64,000 nt of DNA, taken from the NCBI GenBank assembly GCA_963666365.2, contig CAXXNF010000002.1, positions 1,728,001 to 1,792,000 on the forward strand, given 5' to 3'. Shown one piece after another: positions 60,283 through 64,000 of this stretch (within the stretch, counting starts at the first letter, position 1; each line of letters opens with the position of its first letter). The position numbers were made by a program, and so were the translations under genes. The notes below the pieces were generated by a model. That model was given only the letters and a program-made list of their open reading frames with translations. It was not told the origin of the DNA and did no database searches. The DNA comes from Syntrophales bacterium (GTDB taxonomy: Bacteria > Desulfobacterota > Syntrophia > Syntrophales > UBA2210).

Positions 60283-61206
60283 ATGACCGAAACGAAAAAT
60301 AAAGAAACTTCTTCTTCTCCTTTTACCCGCAGCGCACGCGACGAGAGGTATATTCGAAAGGTTACGTGGGTAGGTCTGGTGGTAAATCTGCTGCTTTCGG
60401 GGTTCAAGCTCTTTGCCGGCATTGCCGGTTCGAGCCAGGCAATAGTGGCCGATGCCGTTCACAGTCTTTCCGACAGTGTGACCGATGTAGCCATACTCGT
60501 CGGGTCGCACTACTGGTCCATGCCACCCGACGAGACCCATCCCCACGGTCACCGTCGTATAGAAACGCTGGTAACCATTTTCATCGGGGTCGCGCTCCTT
60601 GTGGCCGCAGTCGAAATCGCCCGGGAAGCCTTTCATACCCTCCATGCGAAACACACAACGCCCCCGGGAGGAGTCGCTCTGGCGGCTGCCGGCGTTTCTA
60701 TTGTCTGTAAGGAGGCACTCTATCGGTGGACAGCACTTGCGGGGAAGCGGGTTCGCTCTCCGGCGCTTGCGGCAAATGCATGGCATCATCGTCTCGATGC
60801 GGTCAGTTCGGTTCCCGCGCTTCTTGCAGTGGGCGGTGCAATTTTAATACCCCGGTGGGCATTTCTTGATCATGTGGGCGCACTTGCCGTTTCCGTCCTG
60901 ATTATTCACGCGGCAGTGAAAATTATCCGGCCCGGAATCCGGGAATTTACCGATACCGGCGCCCCTAAACATATCCGTGACGAGATCACAGACATCGCCT
61001 TCAAAGAAAAAGGCGTCTGCGGTGTCCATGCATTGCGCACCCGATATATCGGCATGAGCCTGCAGGCGGATCTTCATGTGGTCGTTGACCGCTCGATGAC
61101 CGTGCAGGAGGGACACAAGGTGGCGGAAGCGGTAAAAGCACGTATTATCAACGAAGGACCTGATGTCGTCGATGTCCTGGTGCATATCGAACCGGACAAA
61201 GAATAA
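60283..61206 (+). CDS. Cation diffusion facilitator (FieF-like)
   Basis: ADAVHSLSD, HPHGHRRIE, AWHHRLDA, VHIEP. Confidence 0.93.
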   Translation: MTETKNKETSSSPFTRSARDERYIRKVTWVGLVVNLLLSGFKLFAGIAGSSQAIVADAVHSLSDSVTDVAILVGSHYWSMPPDETHPHGHRRIETLVTIFIGVALLVAAVEIAREAFHTLHAKHTTPPGGVALAAAGVSIVCKEALYRWTALAGKRVRSPALAANAWHHRLDAVSSVPALLAVGGAILIPRWAFLDHVGALAVSVLIIHAAVKIIRPGIREFTDTGAPKHIRDEITDIAFKEKGVCGVHALRTRYIGMSLQADLHVVVDRSMTVQEGHKVAEAVKARIINEGPDVVDVLVHIEPDKE

Positions 61207-61216
61207 CCATCCTCAC

Positions 61217-61447
61217 TTATTCGATGATATCAAGGACGACACGCATCTTTTCCTTTGACGATACTGCCGATACGATCGTTCTTAATGCGTCCGCCGTTGT
61301 TCCGCCTTTTCCTATCACCTGCCCTAGATCCCCCTTTGCGACGTGCAATTCCAGAACCGTTGTAGTTCTCCCTTTCAGTTCCCGTACGTGCACTTCATTC
61401 GGATTGTCAACAAGCGTTTGTACTATGCGTGTGATCAGCTCTTTCAA
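61217..61447 (-). CDS. KH-domain RNA-binding protein (KhpA-like)
   Basis: LVDNP, DLGQVIGKGG.TA.ALRT; TTG start. Confidence 0.88.
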   Translation of the reverse strand: MKELITRIVQTLVDNPNEVHVRELKGRTTTVLELHVAKGDLGQVIGKGGTTADALRTIVSAVSSKEKMRVVLDIIE

Positions 61448-61727
61448 CTGTTCCCATCCTTTCTTCTGTTACAATGCAGCGAGACACGTCCGTTGTAATC
61501 CAACACCGGATCAAAACAACGTCTTAACCACTGAGTACTTTTCACTATAGAGCAAAAAACGATCGCTCCTTCCATGAACCTGTCGGTTCCCCCAGGATGC
61601 ATGGGCTGTGGAATGCGTACTTAGTGTGGAAATGTACCATCGAATGCATAGTATGTACAACATGAAAGTGAGTAAAAATATGAAATTGTGACGAACGACA
61701 CAGGGCACTCACTGTCCCGGCATTGGA

Positions 61728-62357
61728 TTAGCTGAGAGGCGCCACCGCAAAGATGAAGGCACTCCACAGGGAATGAGAAATAATAAGCGGCGCCAGGTTT
61801 TTTGTGTGCCCGTAAAGCATGCCCCAAAAGGCGCCGGCGACCGCTGCCGCTCCGATGAGAATAAAATTGAATGACCACAGGTGTACACTGGCATAACAGA
61901 TCGTCATCAGAAGAAATCCCTTAAGACTGCCGAAGCGCAGCGTCAAATTTTCCTGGAGAAATCCACGCCAGAATATTTCTTCACTCGGTCCGGTGATAAA
62001 AAGAAGTATGAGGAAGATACTCCACAAGGGAATGCCGCCTGCGTCCCGGTGGTATATATCCTTGATCTGGTCCTCCGCAAAGGGAAAAAGCATAGACGAA
62101 ATTTCCTTGCCTGCCCAGAATATGAAATAAAGCGCTATGGCGGCGGCAACACCCGTGAACAGCGCCTTCATGTCCATACGGAATCGGTCTGCCATAGTGC
62201 GCTGCGCCCACAGCGATGCGGCGGCCAGCATTGAGGCGGAAAGGGCGATTTTGATCCAGAAAGAACCGAAGGTCAGGTAAAATGTGGCGAACCACAGCAG
62301 ATGCGCGAGAACAACGGTTCCCGGAATCAGCAGTCTGGAACGCCTGATGCCGTTCAA
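61728..62357 (-). CDS. CPBP (CAAX/Abi) intramembrane metalloprotease
   Basis: EEIFWRG, YASVH, HSLWS. Confidence 0.88.
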   Translation of the reverse strand: MNGIRRSRLLIPGTVVLAHLLWFATFYLTFGSFWIKIALSASMLAAASLWAQRTMADRFRMDMKALFTGVAAAIALYFIFWAGKEISSMLFPFAEDQIKDIYHRDAGGIPLWSIFLILLFITGPSEEIFWRGFLQENLTLRFGSLKGFLLMTICYASVHLWSFNFILIGAAAVAGAFWGMLYGHTKNLAPLIISHSLWSAFIFAVAPLS

Positions 62358-63247
62358 AAGATCCTCTCCATTATGAGCGAGACGATGAGGAGAAGGCCGT
62401 AAACGGTGGTCATCCTGGCGGTTCTGGCATCGGCGTCTATGGGAAAGGTCCGCACTACCTCTTTGAGAAGGCCGAAGGTAAGAGGGAGCGACACAAGGAC
62501 AATGAACGACCAGAGCGGCAGGGGCCCTGCAAGGGACATCAGCGCCACCGCCACATAGGCTAAGACAACCAGGGACACGAAAATTTTAATACTCCTCTGC
62601 TTTCCGGTAAGAATCGGAACCGTTTGTATGCCATGGCCTGTGTCATCCAGGGTGTCCCGAATGTTGTTTGCCAGAAGCACCAGCGCCACCAGCGCGCCGA
62701 GGGGAAGAGAAACCCAGAAGGCCTCCATGGTGAGGGCCTGCCTTTGGACGTAACAGGCGCCCTCGACCATGAGCGGCCCCCACATGAGAAAAGCGGCACA
62801 CTCGCCCAGCGCCTTGTACTTGTAGTTGAAGGGGGGCGCCGTGTAGAAGACGCCGGCGCATATGCCGATAATGCCGATCACAAACACAGGCCAACCCCTT
62901 GACAGAGCCAGAAAGATTCCTATCGCCGCTGCAACGGCCAGAAATATGCAGGCTTCAACAAGAATCGCGCGGGGATGCAGTTTTCCCTCGACAAGCGGAT
63001 GAGGCCGGTACTGGGCAGTCCCCACATTCTGGGTGTCGATGCCGTGACGCACGTCGAAGTAGTCGTTCAGGAGATTCGCCGCGCCGTGAATGCAGATTAT
63101 CCCGACGAGCGTAAGTAAAAAAAGCCGCCAGTAAAAAACTCCTCCCGCTGCGCCCATAATGCTTCCTGCAGTGACTGAAATTGCAGTCATGGTAAACGAC
63201 CAGGGCCGTGCGGCCAGGAACCAGGTGCGATAGAGTTCTCCCGCCAT
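62354..63247 (-). CDS. menA: MenA-like UbiA-family prenyltransferase
   Basis: AARPWS, NLLNDYFD, YTAPP.YKY.ALGE, NNIRD...D. Confidence 0.8.
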   Translation of the reverse strand: MAGELYRTWFLAARPWSFTMTAISVTAGSIMGAAGGVFYWRLFLLTLVGIICIHGAANLLNDYFDVRHGIDTQNVGTAQYRPHPLVEGKLHPRAILVEACIFLAVAAAIGIFLALSRGWPVFVIGIIGICAGVFYTAPPFNYKYKALGECAAFLMWGPLMVEGACYVQRQALTMEAFWVSLPLGALVALVLLANNIRDTLDDTGHGIQTVPILTGKQRSIKIFVSLVVLAYVAVALMSLAGPLPLWSFIVLVSLPLTFGLLKEVVRTFPIDADARTARMTTVYGLLLIVSLIMERIF

Positions 63248-63658
63248 GTTTCACCTTCATGTATGAATCTATTTCCGTCCCGTTATGGTAAATTTAAGGA
63301 AAACTGTCTGCCAAATAAAGATTCATAAAAGATTTTTGATTTTAGAGCCGAGGAGTAACAGGACTTTAGCCAAACTGCAAGAAGATTTTATGAAAGATTC
63401 CTGATGAGAAAAGGGGAAAAGGATCGCAACGATTCCATAAAAAAGAGAAAATATATTGCACTCAAAAAACAAATTTGGCATAGAATGAATTCGCAACCTG
63501 CCAAAACGTTCGGACCCTCGCCGGTAGAGAGGGATATCCTGTGTCATATAACATAGTGGTGTCCGAACCGCAGATATCTCGACGACATCAGAAAATAAAC
63601 GGCGTCACGTTCCATGCAACGGTGTCCGGCATGATGACAAGAGTTTTAGAAGAACAAA

Positions 63659-63747
63659 GTCATAAGGACGTCAAAACGACAATGATTTACACCCATGTCC
63701 TCAACCGGGGACCGACTGGTGTTCGAAGCCCTGCTGACGATCGTTAA
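63659..63747 (+). pseudogene. intI: Integron integrase C-terminal remnant
   Basis: HKDVKTTMIYTHVLNRGPTGVRSPAD matches the IntI C-terminus including the catalytic Tyr; upstream domains are absent. Confidence 0.8.
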
Positions 63748-63884
63748 GATTATTCAGCATTCCTTTATGCTGATCTGTATAGAACGCCACGGTAAATAAT
63801 GCAGTAGCGTGCAACCGACTGCAGATGTTGATTTACGGCGCAAAAAACGGCAAACCAGCACAAGTACTATAAGGACAAAAAACA

Positions 63885-63927
63885 AGGGTTCCGCGGCTTA
63901 CGCGGACCCGTCCAGCCATTGTTAGGC
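63885..63927 (+). other. Putative attI recombination site
   Basis: GTTAGGC (GTTRRRY) at 63921-63927, preceded by a GGGTTCCGCG..CGCGGACCC dyad, downstream of the intI remnant and 20 nt before an ATG. Confidence 0.5.
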
Positions 63928-63947
63928 TATTCGAGAAGGGCAACAGA

Positions 63948-64000
63948 ATGGAATTAAAATTTGAAAAATATCGAATTATTCTATCGCGTATTGCAGCAAC
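63948..64000 (+). CDS. Start of putative first gene cassette (3' truncated)
   Basis: GAAGGG RBS-like sequence, then ATG; MELKFEKYRIILSRIAA open to the window end. Confidence 0.5.
   Translation, partial: MELKFEKYRIILSRIAA

Noticed and set aside
63541..63658. N-terminal part of the 68-aa ORF as integrase
   Set aside because: No HTLRHSFATH box or other IntI motif; only the last ~28 codons are integrase-like.
1..64000. CRISPR arrays, tRNA/rRNA genes, intact transposases, known anti-phage defence systems
   Set aside because: None recognised by eye; a tool-based scan could still find small RNAs.

Overview
Chromosomal window from an anaerobic deltaproteobacterium (Desulfobacterota, Syntrophales-like; inferred from gene content and an spdEFG1-type EF-G). 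(1) 2-16.3 kb: a sigma54-controlled catabolic island with a family III CoA-transferase, GAF-PAS-AAA+ activator, TRAP transporter, two C-GCAxxG-C-C proteins and two AbfD (4-hydroxybutyryl-CoA dehydratase)-family paralogs. One paralog has altered active-site acids; the other looks like a pseudo-enzyme. Three -24/-12 promoters and a shared upstream activator motif are visible. (2) 16.3-18.4 kb: an acyl-CoA ligase and a TRAP permease, both pseudogenes, fused by a deletion. (3) 18.4-30.3 kb: NDP-forming acyl-CoA synthetases, xni, purQ, purL and an NtrC-type regulator. (4) 30.6-36.5 kb: AT-richer accessory hydrolase/acyltransferase genes. (5) 36.7-52.3 kb: thiolase-like/DUF35 pair, DUF169, crotonase, SLOG-like protein plus diguanylate cyclase, amidase, plsY, djlA, fusA. 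(6) 52.7-60 kb: an operon resembling furan-fatty-acid (ufaDOM-like) genes, with a DUF1365-methyltransferase fusion, headed by a STAS fusion protein. (7) Window end: an integron-integrase C-terminal remnant followed by a putative attI and a first cassette ORF. No rRNA, tRNA or CRISPR array was seen. All family calls are by motif recognition; no database search was run.
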